A stretch of 64,000 nucleotides of DNA. Origin: Polyangiaceae bacterium. GTDB taxonomy: Bacteria > Myxococcota_A > Polyangia > Polyangiales > Polyangiaceae. A program made the position numbers and the translations under genes. Positions 1-10,106 of this stretch are shown one piece after another. Numbering within the stretch: position 1 is the stretch's first letter; every line of letters begins with the position of its first letter. The DNA is taken from assembly GCA_965222375.1 (NCBI GenBank), contig CBDCTZ010000016.1, positions 1,536,001-1,600,000 of the forward strand, given 5' to 3'. The notes beneath the pieces were generated by a model, which saw only the letters and a program-made list of their open reading frames with translations, ran no database searches and was not told the DNA's origin.

Positions 1-1002
1 AAAGCGCTCTAACACGTGAGTGCCCGATTTGTTCAGCTCCAGAATGTAGTCCGTCGCTTGGTGGTAGAACTCAAGGTACTCCTGCCTGGGGTACTCGATC
101 GTTTCACTGGTTTCGCCCGCGAAGCCGAAGGGGTCCACGGGCCGGAGGAATATCGCTCGGCACCCCAAGTTCACGTAGGTGTCCACTATCTCGCGCGGCC
201 GCTCCAAGGCCGCACGTGTGGTCGTGAGCAACGCCTCTACGTGGTACAGCGACGGATCGAGACCTTCCGCCTGATAGCGCGCATTGATGCGCTCGATCCA
301 ACGAGCCGCCTCGCCGAAGGAACTTCCCCCAGCCAAGATCCGCTGGCCATCGTGCAGCGCGGCGGGGCCGTCGATGCTGGTGCAGATCTGAACGCGGCGT
401 GAGAGCAGATAGTCCAACCGCTCCTCGGTCATGAGGGACAGATTGGTCACCAGGGTGAACTCCAACGCCTTTCCGTAGTTGGCGTTGCGCTCGAGGGCAT
501 ACTCGATGGCGTGTTTCACGACGTTGAAGTTTGCCAGGGGTTCACCGCCTTGGAATTCAATGGTGATCCCGGGCGACGTGGACTGCAGTGCAAGATCGAC
601 CGAGCGTTCAGCGGTCTCCGAACTCATGTCCGTGTCGGTGCGGTGCATGGGCGCGCGGCTGGCGTGGCAATACACGCAGGTTTCGTTGCAGCGCAGCGTC
701 ACTACCAACACGTGAAGGTGTGGCCCGTAGCCCAAGAAGCGCTTCTTTTCGCGCAATCGCGCGGAGACCTGCCGTGTGTCTAGTTGATCCGTGAGGAAGT
801 TCGCTTTGCCCAGCCGCGCTTCGAGCTCCGAGCCAGCAAGGATTTCCCTCGTCATCAATTGCTCGAACTCGGCCTCTGACACGAAAACCCAGTCGCCGAA
901 GTAGCTCGTGAGCAAATGACGGTCACGGATTCGCCGGGCTCGAAGCGGAACGAGCCGGCGAGACCCACGCCGTTTGCCCAGTTCGACCAGACCTGACGCC
1001 AT
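1..1002 (-). CDS. hxsB: His-Xaa-Ser system radical SAM maturase HxsB-like (partial, runs off left edge)
   Basis: Not in the ORF track. Manual translation from ATG at 1002 is open to base 1: ...GPHLHVLVVTLRCNETCVYCHAS (CxxxCxxC), TIEFQGGEPL, TSIDGP, ALLTTTR, IFLRPVDPFGFA. Confidence 0.8.
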   Translation of the reverse strand, partial: MASGLVELGKRRGSRRLVPLRARRIRDRHLLTSYFGDWVFVSEAEFEQLMTREILAGSELEARLGKANFLTDQLDTRQVSARLREKKRFLGYGPHLHVLVVTLRCNETCVYCHASRAPMHRTDTDMSSETAERSVDLALQSTSPGITIEFQGGEPLANFNVVKHAIEYALERNANYGKALEFTLVTNLSLMTEERLDYLLSRRVQICTSIDGPAALHDGQRILAGGSSFGEAARWIERINARYQAEGLDPSLYHVEALLTTTRAALERPREIVDTYVNLGCRAIFLRPVDPFGFAGETSETIEYPRQEYLEFYHQATDYILELNKSGTHVLERF

Positions 1003-1163
1003 CGTCGAAAGATCTAGCGGACAACGCTGCTGAGCAAGGTGACGGAAGTCAGACCATTGCGGCATTCTCACAATTCGAGTCACCGCGCGAACCGGTTTGC
1101 CCAAGAAGTCATTCTGGAATCGGGTTCTTTCGGGAACGCCGCGCGCGTGATAGGTGCGACATC

Positions 1164-2267
1164 ATGCGTTGGCGGCTGACGAGCAGCGCGGTCGCGGGGG
1201 CTCTGTCGATCCTGGCAGCCTGCGGCTCCCGGTCGGGTCTCACGCTGGGGAGTGGCGGTGCCGCCGACGGACCGGACGGTTCGACACCCGACGGCTCGAT
1301 TCTGGACGCGCGCCGCGACCGCGCCGCCGACGCGCCGCCCGCCAAACGTTGCACGGTAGCGGAGGCGGCGACCTCGAGCGTGCTGGTTGGCGGTGACCTC
1401 CAACCAGCCGCAATCGCTGTGTTGCCTGAGGGAGTGGTTTTCGGTGAATGGCACTTCAACGCCAGCGTGGGATTGGTGCCCTTCGCCGGTGGCAGTTTCT
1501 CATTGCTGGCGGAGAAGCAACCTGCGGTCAACGACCTCGCGACCGATGGTGAGCGGGCGTTTTACGCAGTACACGGATTGGGCAGTAGCGATGGGGCTGT
1601 GTCCGTGGTGGATCCAGGTCAGACCGCCACGGTGCTCGCGCCCGGCCTGGTCCGACCGCAGGCGCTCGCGGTATTCGGTGAGTGGATCTACGTTATCGAC
1701 GGTGAAGGACCCCACGACGAGGGGCGGGTGCTGCGCGTCGCCAAGAGCGGTGGCGCCGAGGTGCTCACCGCGGGTCTTCTGAATCCGGTCGCCATTGCCG
1801 TGGCGTCTCACGGGGTCTACGTGGTCAATCTCACCAACAGTGGCGACTTCGGCGGCATTCTGCGGGTCGGGTTGACGGGCGGCGCACCGACCCCGGTTTG
1901 GAACGGTCTCTACGCGCGACGAACACTTGCAGTCAACGAAGGTGCCCTCTACTTCGCTACCCGTCTCGCCACCAACGCTCTGTTTGTGTTGCCCGTTGGG
2001 GCTGCGGAAGAAACCCCGATAAGGCAGACATCGCTCCAGATCGCGGGGCTTGCGCTAGATGGGCTCGAGCTGTGGTGGATCGAACGGAACTTTCCCGGCG
2101 ATCCCGACTACGGTGAGATCTGGTGGGACGACGGAAACGGCCCAATCGCCGTCACCACTGGCGACTTTCGCCCGCATGCGATTGCGTTTACCGACGACGC
2201 GGTCTTCTTCTCGCACTTCGAGGGCGGTACCGGCGGGATCCGGCGCATCTGCAAGCCACGCCGGTGA
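1164..2267 (+). CDS. Putative lipoprotein with beta-propeller-like repeats
   Basis: Lipobox-like ILAAC, low-complexity linker, repeated PxAIAV..vY units. Confidence 0.7.
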   Translation: MRWRLTSSAVAGALSILAACGSRSGLTLGSGGAADGPDGSTPDGSILDARRDRAADAPPAKRCTVAEAATSSVLVGGDLQPAAIAVLPEGVVFGEWHFNASVGLVPFAGGSFSLLAEKQPAVNDLATDGERAFYAVHGLGSSDGAVSVVDPGQTATVLAPGLVRPQALAVFGEWIYVIDGEGPHDEGRVLRVAKSGGAEVLTAGLLNPVAIAVASHGVYVVNLTNSGDFGGILRVGLTGGAPTPVWNGLYARRTLAVNEGALYFATRLATNALFVLPVGAAEETPIRQTSLQIAGLALDGLELWWIERNFPGDPDYGEIWWDDGNGPIAVTTGDFRPHAIAFTDDAVFFSHFEGGTGGIRRICKPRR

Positions 2268-2561
2268 CGACCTCCAACGCTCTGCAGCTACCGTAGCGTC
2301 CCGCGCACGCGCCCACCATTTGCGCGGGGAAGAAAACCAAGGGTGTTATTCGCCTTGTCGGCGAATCACCGGCTGTCGAGTTCGGCGCGGTTGTTCAATC
2401 ATCGCGCTGGACAGCCCCGGACGGTGGGCTCTGGATGGAGTGGACGAACCGGCTGCGCGAACGGAAGTCAGCGCTGCAATATTTTCGGCGTTTCATGGCG
2501 GGAGATCCTGCCGGAACGTCCACGGCGGGGCACGCGGAATGCATGCTCAAACTTGGGGAAC

Positions 2562-4223
2562 ATGACGGACGTCGCGCGGCTCTTGATCAAAGGTACTCAC
2601 GCTGCGGAGCGTGCCCGAGAGCGTGTCGACCGGACGTTGCCCACGGCGGAACTGAACCGGGGCGCTCGCCGTCTGCAATTCGTCGCGCTGCTAATGGCAT
2701 GGGGAGTGGTCGTCGCGCATGCAGACTTGCTCTGGCTACCGCAACGTCGCGTCGCGGAATTGGATCACATCGCACATTGGCTCCCCGACGTGATCAACGT
2801 CGCTGCGTCCCTCGGCATCTTCGCTTTGGCTCGCAGCCGCCGGCTTCCCATAGATTCCTTGTTGCACCTCGGCCTCTTGTACGAGGTCATGGCCGCCTAC
2901 GCGATCGGCTTTGCCCAGTTCTGGAGTGTGTTGCAGGGCATTGACCCGAGCAGCGTCCAAATGCGCTCCGTTGGGTTAGGTTGGGTGGTCGCGTGGGTGA
3001 TCGTTTTCGCAGTCGTGGTCCCCACTCGACCGATACGCACTCTGACTGCCACGCTGCTATCGATCACCAGCGTCCCGGTTGTTGTTGCGTTGTCGATATC
3101 GGCGGGACGAACACCACCCGTCACCCCTGGAACGTTCGTTTCGGCCTTCGTCGTTCCATACTTGATCGCCGCCGTCAGCGCCTACTTCGTGTCCCATGTG
3201 GTCTACCGCCTGGGGAAGGAAGTACAAGAGGCCCAGGAGATGGGCAGCTACAAGCTCGAGTCGGTGATCGGCAAGGGCGGCATGGGTGAAGTTTGGCGTG
3301 CGCGCCACCGCTACCTGGCGCGGGCTGCCGCCATCAAGCTGATTCGCCCGGAGGTGCTCGGCCAAGCACGCGGTGAAACAGTATCGCGCGCCTTGGCCCG
3401 CTTTGAGCGCGAGGCCCAAGCCACGGCTGCGCTCGAATGCCCGCACACCATTAACTTGTACGACTACGGAGCCACCGACGACGGCGGTGTCTACTACGTG
3501 ATGGAGCTGCTGGATGGTGTCGACATGCAGACCTTCGTGTATCGGCACGGACCGCAGCCGCCGGAACGCGTCGTAGAGTGGTTGTGGCAAGCCTGCCAGT
3601 CATTGGAAGAGGCGCACGAAGCTGGGTTGGTGCATCGGGACGTCAAACCCGCCAATCTATTCGTCTGTCGCTACGGCTTGGACCACGACTTCGTCAAAGT
3701 GCTCGACTTCGGTCTAGTGGCCCTCCGCGCGGCGCCCGCAAGCCCGCGGATGACGGCGGATGACACGATCCAGGGAACGCCCGCTTTCATCGCGCCGGAG
3801 ATGGTTACTCAGAAGGAGGGCGTCGACGGTCGTGCCGACATCTACTCCTTGGGTTGCGTGGCCTTCTGGCTGCTCTCGGGTTGCCTGGTTTTCCAGGAGG
3901 ACTCGGTGCTCGAAGTGATGATCGACCACGTGCAGCGGGCTCCACCGCGAGTGGGTGAAGTCTCCGACCTCGAAATCCCGCCTGAGCTCGAACAGCTCGT
4001 GATGGATTGCCTAGAGAAATCCCCAGATGATCGACCACAGAGTGCCGGCGAATTGGCAGAGCGCCTGAAGCGGATCCCATTGAAGGTGAAGTGGACCCCG
4101 CAACGCGCCAAGACTTGGCGCGAGTCGCATCCCGAGCCTCCTGCCAACGTGGATGTGGACCCCGGTGCGCCCACCGCCGCCTCTGACTCGCTCTCGTCTC
4201 TTCCATCCAGGCCGGTGGTGTAG
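2562..4223 (+). CDS. Ser/Thr protein kinase with N-terminal multi-TM domain
   Basis: About 6 hydrophobic helices, then IGKGGMGEVW, AAIKLI, HRDVKPAN, DFG, GTPAFIAPE. Start chosen at ATG 2562 after GGGGAA. Confidence 0.9.
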   Translation: MTDVARLLIKGTHAAERARERVDRTLPTAELNRGARRLQFVALLMAWGVVVAHADLLWLPQRRVAELDHIAHWLPDVINVAASLGIFALARSRRLPIDSLLHLGLLYEVMAAYAIGFAQFWSVLQGIDPSSVQMRSVGLGWVVAWVIVFAVVVPTRPIRTLTATLLSITSVPVVVALSISAGRTPPVTPGTFVSAFVVPYLIAAVSAYFVSHVVYRLGKEVQEAQEMGSYKLESVIGKGGMGEVWRARHRYLARAAAIKLIRPEVLGQARGETVSRALARFEREAQATAALECPHTINLYDYGATDDGGVYYVMELLDGVDMQTFVYRHGPQPPERVVEWLWQACQSLEEAHEAGLVHRDVKPANLFVCRYGLDHDFVKVLDFGLVALRAAPASPRMTADDTIQGTPAFIAPEMVTQKEGVDGRADIYSLGCVAFWLLSGCLVFQEDSVLEVMIDHVQRAPPRVGEVSDLEIPPELEQLVMDCLEKSPDDRPQSAGELAERLKRIPLKVKWTPQRAKTWRESHPEPPANVDVDPGAPTAASDSLSSLPSRPVV

Positions 4224-4325
4224 CGCCGAAGCGCCATCGAGGGTTCGGAGCGCCTACTCAGTAGGTCCACCAAGTTGTTGGAGGCCACAGTGTTGTGACG
4301 AGGGCGGCGGGGGTAGACTGGCTGC

Positions 4326-6326
4326 GTGGCCCTCGAGCTCCGTCCCGGCGTCGTCATCGCTGATAAACTCCGCCTGTTACGGGAGTTGGGGCATGGCGGC
4401 ATGGGCGTGGTTTGGGCAGCACGGCATGAGGCCCTGGAGACGGATGTCGCCGTCAAACTGATTCATCCGGAGCGGGCTCACAACGATCGATCGCTGATCG
4501 CGCGCTTCGAACGAGAAGCCAAGACGACCGCACGCATCAAGCACCCGCACGTGGTTCACGTGATGGACTTTGGCAGCGTCGACGCCGCGGTGCCCTATAT
4601 CGTGATGGAGCTACTCAGCGGTTTTTCGCTGGCGGAGATGCTCGAGAGCGGCGGCCGGCTCAGTTTGTCGTCGGCGCTGGTGCTGGTGCAACAGGTGGGC
4701 AGTGCTCTTTCGAGCGCCCACGAGCGTGGCGTCGTGCACCGAGACATCAAGCCGCACAACCTCTTCGTGCTCGAAGCGAGTCGGGGCGATCCCCTATTCG
4801 TCAAAGTGCTCGACTTTGGCATTGCCAAAATGCTGTCCGACACCCAGGTGCCCGGGGGCAGTCAAACCTTGACCGAGACCGGCGCGGTGATCGGCTCGCC
4901 GCCCTACATGAGCCCGGAGCAGATCGAGGGCCAGCCGGTGGATCTGCGGACGGACCTGTGGTCCCTCGGCGTCATCATCTACGAGTGTTTGACGGGCCAG
5001 CGCCCCTTTCGCGGTAGTTCCTTTGTCGGCGTCGGTGCTGCGATCCTCAATGGAACCTACCCACCCGCTCGCGAGCTGCGACCCGGCTTGCCCCGGGCAG
5101 TCGAAGATTGGTTTTCCAAGGCGCTCAGTGTCGATCCGGATGCGCGTTTCGCTTCCGCGGCAGAGATGGTTGCGGCTTTCGAGAGCGCTGCTTCAGAGGG
5201 GCCGTCTGCTGCTTCGCAACCCGTTGGCGCGCCAGAAGCACCCGTGTCCGCTCCCTCCGGTTTTGCTCCGACCGTCGATGCGACGCCGTCGCCTGCTTCA
5301 TTGCCGGACAGAACCATCAGCCATCCGCCCATCGCGGCAAAGAGCCCCAATGCTCCCGAGCCGCCCAGAACCACTTCGGAACTAGACGCTTCGACGGACA
5401 GCGCGGTCTCGAGTGAGAGTCGACGGCTAGAGGAGGAGCGGCTGCCGCGCAGAAAGCGTCGCGCCGCCCTCGTGTATGGTGTTCCGGCGTCCGCTGCGGC
5501 GGTCTTGGCGGTGGCCGTGGTCGTCAGCCGCGGTGGTGCATCCGCGGGGTGCCCGGACGGCATGCAGCAGATCCCGACAACGACGTTCCGCGTCGGGTCA
5601 GCACCGGATGGGGAGACCCCGAGCGACGAAGCGCCGCAGCGCCGAGTGACCCTCGACGCGTTCTGTCTCGACAAGCTGGAGGTCACCAATGCTGACTATG
5701 CAAAGTGCACGGACTGCAAGCCATTGCCGCGGAGTGTGCAGGGCGAAGGCCTGACCCCGAACGCGATCACGTTCTGGAGTCAGTTCTGCAACGGACCCGA
5801 TGCGAAAGACCATCCCGTCAACTGCGTGGACCTGCCTCGGGCGAGCGCGTTTTGCGAAGCCCAGGGCAAGCGCCTGCCGACGGAAGCCGAGTGGGAACTC
5901 GCGGCGCGGGGCACCTCCGAGCGCACGTTTCCTTGGGGCGAGGCTGCCCCCTCCAAGCAGCACCTGAATGCCTGCGGCGCCGAGTGCAGCAGCCTGTTGA
6001 CTCAGCGCCTCGAGAAGATCGGACGCGATCCTTGGCCGAGCATGCATGAAGAGAGCGACCAGTCGCCGACGACGGCTCCGGTCGGCCAGCATCCCAAAGG
6101 CGCATCCGAAAGCGGAGTTTTCGACTTGGCGGGCAACGTGTGGGAGTGGACCAGCAGCCACTACTGCCGCTACGACGATCCAGACTGTGGCGACTCGCGC
6201 CGCGTCATCCGGGGCGGCGGCTGGGACACCGTCGAGAGTCAGGATGTTCGCGCTGCTCGCCGGCTGCCTAGCGCTCCTTCTGCTCGCAGTTGGAGTGTTG
6301 GATTCCGCTGCGCGAAGTCGCTCTAG
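4326..6326 (+). CDS. Ser/Thr protein kinase with C-terminal FGE-sulfatase-fold domain
   Basis: Kinase motifs HRDIKPHN, DFG, GSPPYMSPE; TM helix; RLPTEAEWE, DLAGNVWEW, GFRCA. Confidence 0.9.
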   Translation: MALELRPGVVIADKLRLLRELGHGGMGVVWAARHEALETDVAVKLIHPERAHNDRSLIARFEREAKTTARIKHPHVVHVMDFGSVDAAVPYIVMELLSGFSLAEMLESGGRLSLSSALVLVQQVGSALSSAHERGVVHRDIKPHNLFVLEASRGDPLFVKVLDFGIAKMLSDTQVPGGSQTLTETGAVIGSPPYMSPEQIEGQPVDLRTDLWSLGVIIYECLTGQRPFRGSSFVGVGAAILNGTYPPARELRPGLPRAVEDWFSKALSVDPDARFASAAEMVAAFESAASEGPSAASQPVGAPEAPVSAPSGFAPTVDATPSPASLPDRTISHPPIAAKSPNAPEPPRTTSELDASTDSAVSSESRRLEEERLPRRKRRAALVYGVPASAAAVLAVAVVVSRGGASAGCPDGMQQIPTTTFRVGSAPDGETPSDEAPQRRVTLDAFCLDKLEVTNADYAKCTDCKPLPRSVQGEGLTPNAITFWSQFCNGPDAKDHPVNCVDLPRASAFCEAQGKRLPTEAEWELAARGTSERTFPWGEAAPSKQHLNACGAECSSLLTQRLEKIGRDPWPSMHEESDQSPTTAPVGQHPKGASESGVFDLAGNVWEWTSSHYCRYDDPDCGDSRRVIRGGGWDTVESQDVRAARRLPSAPSARSWSVGFRCAKSL

Positions 6327-7607
6327 CTAGCCCTTCTTCGAGCGTTTGCGCAGTCTGAGAAGCTTGCCCCTCGACACGCCGAGGTTTCTGGCGGCCGCGC
6401 TGACGTTCCCGCCGGTAGCCTCGATCGCAGCCTGGACCCTTTCTTCGGTAAGCACTGCGGTGGCAGCAGCATCGCGCTTGCCGATGGCTTCCTCGAGGCC
6501 CCAGACTCGAAGGCCAGGTTCCGGGTCGGCCCGCCGTGCTGCAGCCAAGGCCGCGTCGAGCTCTCGCACGTTTCCAGGCCAGGGTTCCATCAGCAGGCGC
6601 TCCACCGCCTCGACCTCGACGACGCTCGGAGCGAGGCGTGGGGCGCCAGCGCGCTCGGTCAAGATCTGCGCGATACTGAAGAGATCTTCGCTCCGCTCCC
6701 GAAGCGGTGGCACTCGCACTCGAGCCAGCGCCAGCCGGGCGAACAGATCTCTCCGGAACAGTCCCTCCTCGACCATGTCCTCGAGAGCACGATGGGTTGC
6801 AGCCACAACCAGCACATCGACGGAAATGGGGTGCGCAGCGCCGACCGGCAGTACCTCGCGGTTTTCCAAAAGCCGGAGCAGCTTTGGTTGCAGCTCGAGG
6901 GAGAGCTCGCCGATCTCGTCGAGCACCAATGTGCCGCCGTCGTAGGCTAGCGCCAAGCCCGGCGTAGAATTCTTGGCGCCTGAGAACGCTCCCGCAGCGT
7001 GGCCGAAGAACTGGGATTCGAAAACACCGGCTGCGACCCCGGCAACATTGACGGCGGCGATCGGCTCCGCCCGTTTGCAGGCATGTGCGACGGCACGAGC
7101 GACGAGCTCCTTGCCTGAACCCGTTTCTCCTTCGATCAGTACGTTGCGGGGCTCGTCCCGAGCGATGGCGGCAATGCTTTCTGCCACGCTGCGCAAACCA
7201 AAAGGTCCGGCCAGGTCTCCGACTGGTGGAGCAGGCTCAAAACTGCCGCGAAGCTCGTCGCGGTAGACGAAGATGGTGCTGCCAATTCGAATCGTGGAGC
7301 CAGATTGAATCGTAACCTGGTCCGACGGCGATAGCCGAGCACCGTTCACCCAAGTGCCATTGCGCGAGCCGGCGTCGGCGATTGAAAGCACGCCGCCGGC
7401 GCGATCGATCTTGAGGTGCTTCGTCGAAACCTTCTCGTCTTCCAGACCTGCTCGGAGCAGCCACTCTCGACCCACTACCGAGCCCGAGTCCGGCACGGGC
7501 AGGGCCTCGGGTCGAGGAAACGCACAAACGAAAGCGGGCCGCTTCGCGCCCGGTTTGGGCGGAGACGGCCCGCGATGCTCTACGGTGCTCGCGCTGTCAC
7601 CCGACAT
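6327..7607 (-). CDS. FHA-domain sigma-54-dependent transcriptional activator
   Basis: FHA ([18 protein letters not shown]); [32 protein letters not shown]-terminal Fis-type HTH. Confidence 0.9.
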   Translation of the reverse strand: MSGDSASTVEHRGPSPPKPGAKRPAFVCAFPRPEALPVPDSGSVVGREWLLRAGLEDEKVSTKHLKIDRAGGVLSIADAGSRNGTWVNGARLSPSDQVTIQSGSTIRIGSTIFVYRDELRGSFEPAPPVGDLAGPFGLRSVAESIAAIARDEPRNVLIEGETGSGKELVARAVAHACKRAEPIAAVNVAGVAAGVFESQFFGHAAGAFSGAKNSTPGLALAYDGGTLVLDEIGELSLELQPKLLRLLENREVLPVGAAHPISVDVLVVAATHRALEDMVEEGLFRRDLFARLALARVRVPPLRERSEDLFSIAQILTERAGAPRLAPSVVEVEAVERLLMEPWPGNVRELDAALAAARRADPEPGLRVWGLEEAIGKRDAAATAVLTEERVQAAIEATGGNVSAAARNLGVSRGKLLRLRKRSKKG

Positions 7608-7649
7608 GGCTGCGCAAGAGTGCCACGCGACCCATGCCCGACCAAGCCC

Positions 7650-8672
7650 TCAAAACAGAGGCTTGCCGTCCAATCCGCAGCCCGGATCTCCGACCTGGCA
7701 GGTTCCTTCCACGATGGGGATTTCAGCGACCGGGCCAGCGCTGCTCCCGCGTCGCTGGGTGGTCAGCTTCTGGCGGAGTCGGTTCAGGGCAAGCGCGTAC
7801 GCCCGACGGTCGTCTTCGGTCGCCCCCGGGGCTTTGGCGCGCGCTGCGGCACGAGCAGCGTCCTTGGTGGCCTTGGAGCGACGCACGGAGCCGGCCCAGG
7901 CCGCAAGATCGGCGTAGCGGGCATCGAGTTGGCGCAGCTTGCCGAGAGCTAGCCCGCGGGTTTCCAGTCCGTCGAGGGCGCTCGCGAATGTGCGGAGCTG
8001 AGAGTGTGTGGGTGCAGCCTCGTTCACCGCATCCCGGGCGGCTAGAGCCGTCTTGCGTTCGGCCTCCAAGCTCTTCTCGGTGAATCGGGAGACGAGGGTC
8101 CCGTGCCGTCGGTCCAGGGTGCGGAACTGGATGCGCTTGGACTCTTCCCGTTCCTGAAGCAAGGCGGCGTTGCGTCCCGAGAGCTCCTCCGCTGTCTGCT
8201 GGTGGGCTCCAGCTGTCCGGTGGGCTCGATAGGTGCTCGCGCCGCCAACACAAGTCACCAAGGCGAGGGCCGCTACCAACAAGAATTCCCGACGGCGCCG
8301 ACCCGTCGTGCGGCGGACCTGGAGCTCCTGCAACTGGTGGGCGCGCACGGCGTTGTCGCGTTCGAGTTGCGCTTGCGACTCGGCCTGGATTCGCGCCACC
8401 TCCCGGGCGGCTTGCTTGCGGCCAGCTCGTCGTGCCGCCTCGATTCGTTCTTCACGAGCTTTGGCTTCCTCCGCCTCTTGTCGCGCCGCGACCGCAGCTT
8501 GCTCACGTGCCTCGCGCTCGGCCTGAGCCAAAACTTCCGCCGCCTGCTTGCGCTCTCGCTGGACCGCTTGCTCCTGCGCTTCTGCGCGAAGGCGTCCCGA
8601 CTCGATGCGAGACAGCTCCTTCAGGGAGGTCATCACGGAGGTTTCGGTGGTGGCGGGGTGTGGCTTGCTCAT
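7650..8672 (-). CDS. Hypothetical coiled-coil membrane protein
   Basis: 340 aa ORF with AAGGAG RBS; Ala/Glu/Arg coiled coil and one TM helix. Confidence 0.7.
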   Translation of the reverse strand: MSKPHPATTETSVMTSLKELSRIESGRLRAEAQEQAVQRERKQAAEVLAQAEREAREQAAVAARQEAEEAKAREERIEAARRAGRKQAAREVARIQAESQAQLERDNAVRAHQLQELQVRRTTGRRRREFLLVAALALVTCVGGASTYRAHRTAGAHQQTAEELSGRNAALLQEREESKRIQFRTLDRRHGTLVSRFTEKSLEAERKTALAARDAVNEAAPTHSQLRTFASALDGLETRGLALGKLRQLDARYADLAAWAGSVRRSKATKDAARAAARAKAPGATEDDRRAYALALNRLRQKLTTQRRGSSAGPVAEIPIVEGTCQVGDPGCGLDGKPLF

Positions 8673-8703
8673 GTTGGGCTCCTTGTTCGTTACCCAGACC
8701 CTT

Positions 8704-8719
8704 TGCAGCCACCGTGCCG
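8704..8719 (-). promoter_or_regulatory. Candidate sigma-54 (-24/-12) promoter
   Basis: Minus strand CGGCACGGTGGCTGCA fits GG-N10-GC, about 30 bp upstream of the 8672 start. Confidence 0.55.
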
Positions 8720-8763
8720 GGGATATTTCAGGGGTTTTTCGGGCCCAAACACATGTTTTCAGC

Positions 8764-8804
8764 GATCGCGATCACCCAATCCGATCGCGATCGTGATCGC
8801 GATC
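8764..8804. repeat. Three copies of the palindrome GATCGCGATC
   Basis: Copies at 8764-8773, 8783-8792 and 8795-8804 in a divergent intergenic region. Confidence 0.8.
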
Positions 8805-9009
8805 GATCAGCTGGGCGGAACCACTCGTACACCGTGGATGGACATGAATGCGCACCGCCAGGTCGCTCTCCCCTTGCGCTCGGACTCCGCTGCACCATGT
8901 CCACTGACAAGAGGCCTTGTCCCATCGCTTAAGCCGCCGACAAAAATCTCGTGCGGCCCTCCAGCTTACACGGCTCCGTCCGTTCTTCTGGCTTGTGGAG
9001 AAGCGATCC

Positions 9010-10002
9010 ATGATGACCTCTGAATTTCCCACTCAGCGCCGGCATCTCACCGTCAGAGTGCCCCGATCGAGACAGTTCCTAGTCCTACTCCCGACAATTG
9101 CTCTGGGGATCCTCGTAACAGAGCCGGCGAAAGCCACCGCACCGCCTACGGCGAGCTTCCCGACGGCGGAGGAGGTGACCCCAGCGCCAACCGCACACCC
9201 GCCGAGCCCGCCCGCCGCAACCAAGCCGCGCGCGACGCCTGCAGTTCCGGCGGTGAGCGCTTCGGAGCCCGTGCCCGCCAATCGAGCCGAACCACGGGGG
9301 GCAGATGCGGAACCTCAGTGGCGCCGGCTGCCAACTTTGTTCAAGCCGAGCCCAGGAGCAGGTACCGGAGTTCCTCGCGATAGCGCTGCTGCGTCGGAAG
9401 AGCCCGTCGCACCGGAGACTTGGATTTGGTCTTTGGAAGGTGTGAGCCGTGCGCCCGTCGACGTTGGATTCCAATCCGTATTCGAGACCTCCTTCGGTTT
9501 GCGATTGGGCGGCGGTTATGCGTGGGTGCCGAGCGCGTACCTCGACTTCGTGACCCAGGCTGCGGGCACGGACAATGGGAACGTGGTGGCCGCCCTGGAT
9601 GGTGGCCGGACCCTGCGTGGCTTCGTTGGTCTGCGACCGAGCAAGAAGGTCGGCGTCGTCTTTGACGCTGGGTATTCGCGGGTTCGCCTGACCGGAACTC
9701 TCGACGATCCGGGAGCCGTTCAAGGAGTCAGCCTGGGCCGTTTCGACCTGGAATCAAACCTGGACATGTGGTTCGTCGAACTCGGCTACCAAGGGCATTT
9801 GGGGCGCCATGCGATCCTCGGGATCGGCATCGGCTTGATGGGGACCCTAAACGCCAGCACCGACGCCACCCCCGATCAGAGTGTACCGAGCACCGTGAGC
9901 GAAGCGCTGACCAAGGAAGCAACCGATACCGTCGACTCCCAAATCGAGCAGTACGGATTCGTGCCTACATTGACCCTGCGCCTGGGTTTCGATCTGATTT
10001 GA
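9010..10002 (+). CDS. Secreted protein, probable outer-membrane beta-barrel
   Basis: Signal-like segment, Pro/Ala linker, amphipathic strands ending TLRLGFDLI. Confidence 0.6.
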   Translation: MMTSEFPTQRRHLTVRVPRSRQFLVLLPTIALGILVTEPAKATAPPTASFPTAEEVTPAPTAHPPSPPAATKPRATPAVPAVSASEPVPANRAEPRGADAEPQWRRLPTLFKPSPGAGTGVPRDSAAASEEPVAPETWIWSLEGVSRAPVDVGFQSVFETSFGLRLGGGYAWVPSAYLDFVTQAAGTDNGNVVAALDGGRTLRGFVGLRPSKKVGVVFDAGYSRVRLTGTLDDPGAVQGVSLGRFDLESNLDMWFVELGYQGHLGRHAILGIGIGLMGTLNASTDATPDQSVPSTVSEALTKEATDTVDSQIEQYGFVPTLTLRLGFDLI

Positions 10003-10106
10003 GCCCAGAGCGCATCCCGCGCCCGCTGACACGGCGGGATTGCGGCACAATGCCGACGTTTGCGCCGCGCTAGATCGATCGCCCGTCGCGGGCGTATGTT
10101 CTGGGC

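Noticed and set aside
16..794. Plus-strand ORFs at the left edge
   Set aside because: Antisense shadows of the radical SAM gene.
6100..6326. FGE/CLec-fold C-terminus as a diversity-generating retroelement target
   Set aside because: No template repeat with adenine-specific mismatches and no reverse transcriptase seen in the window.
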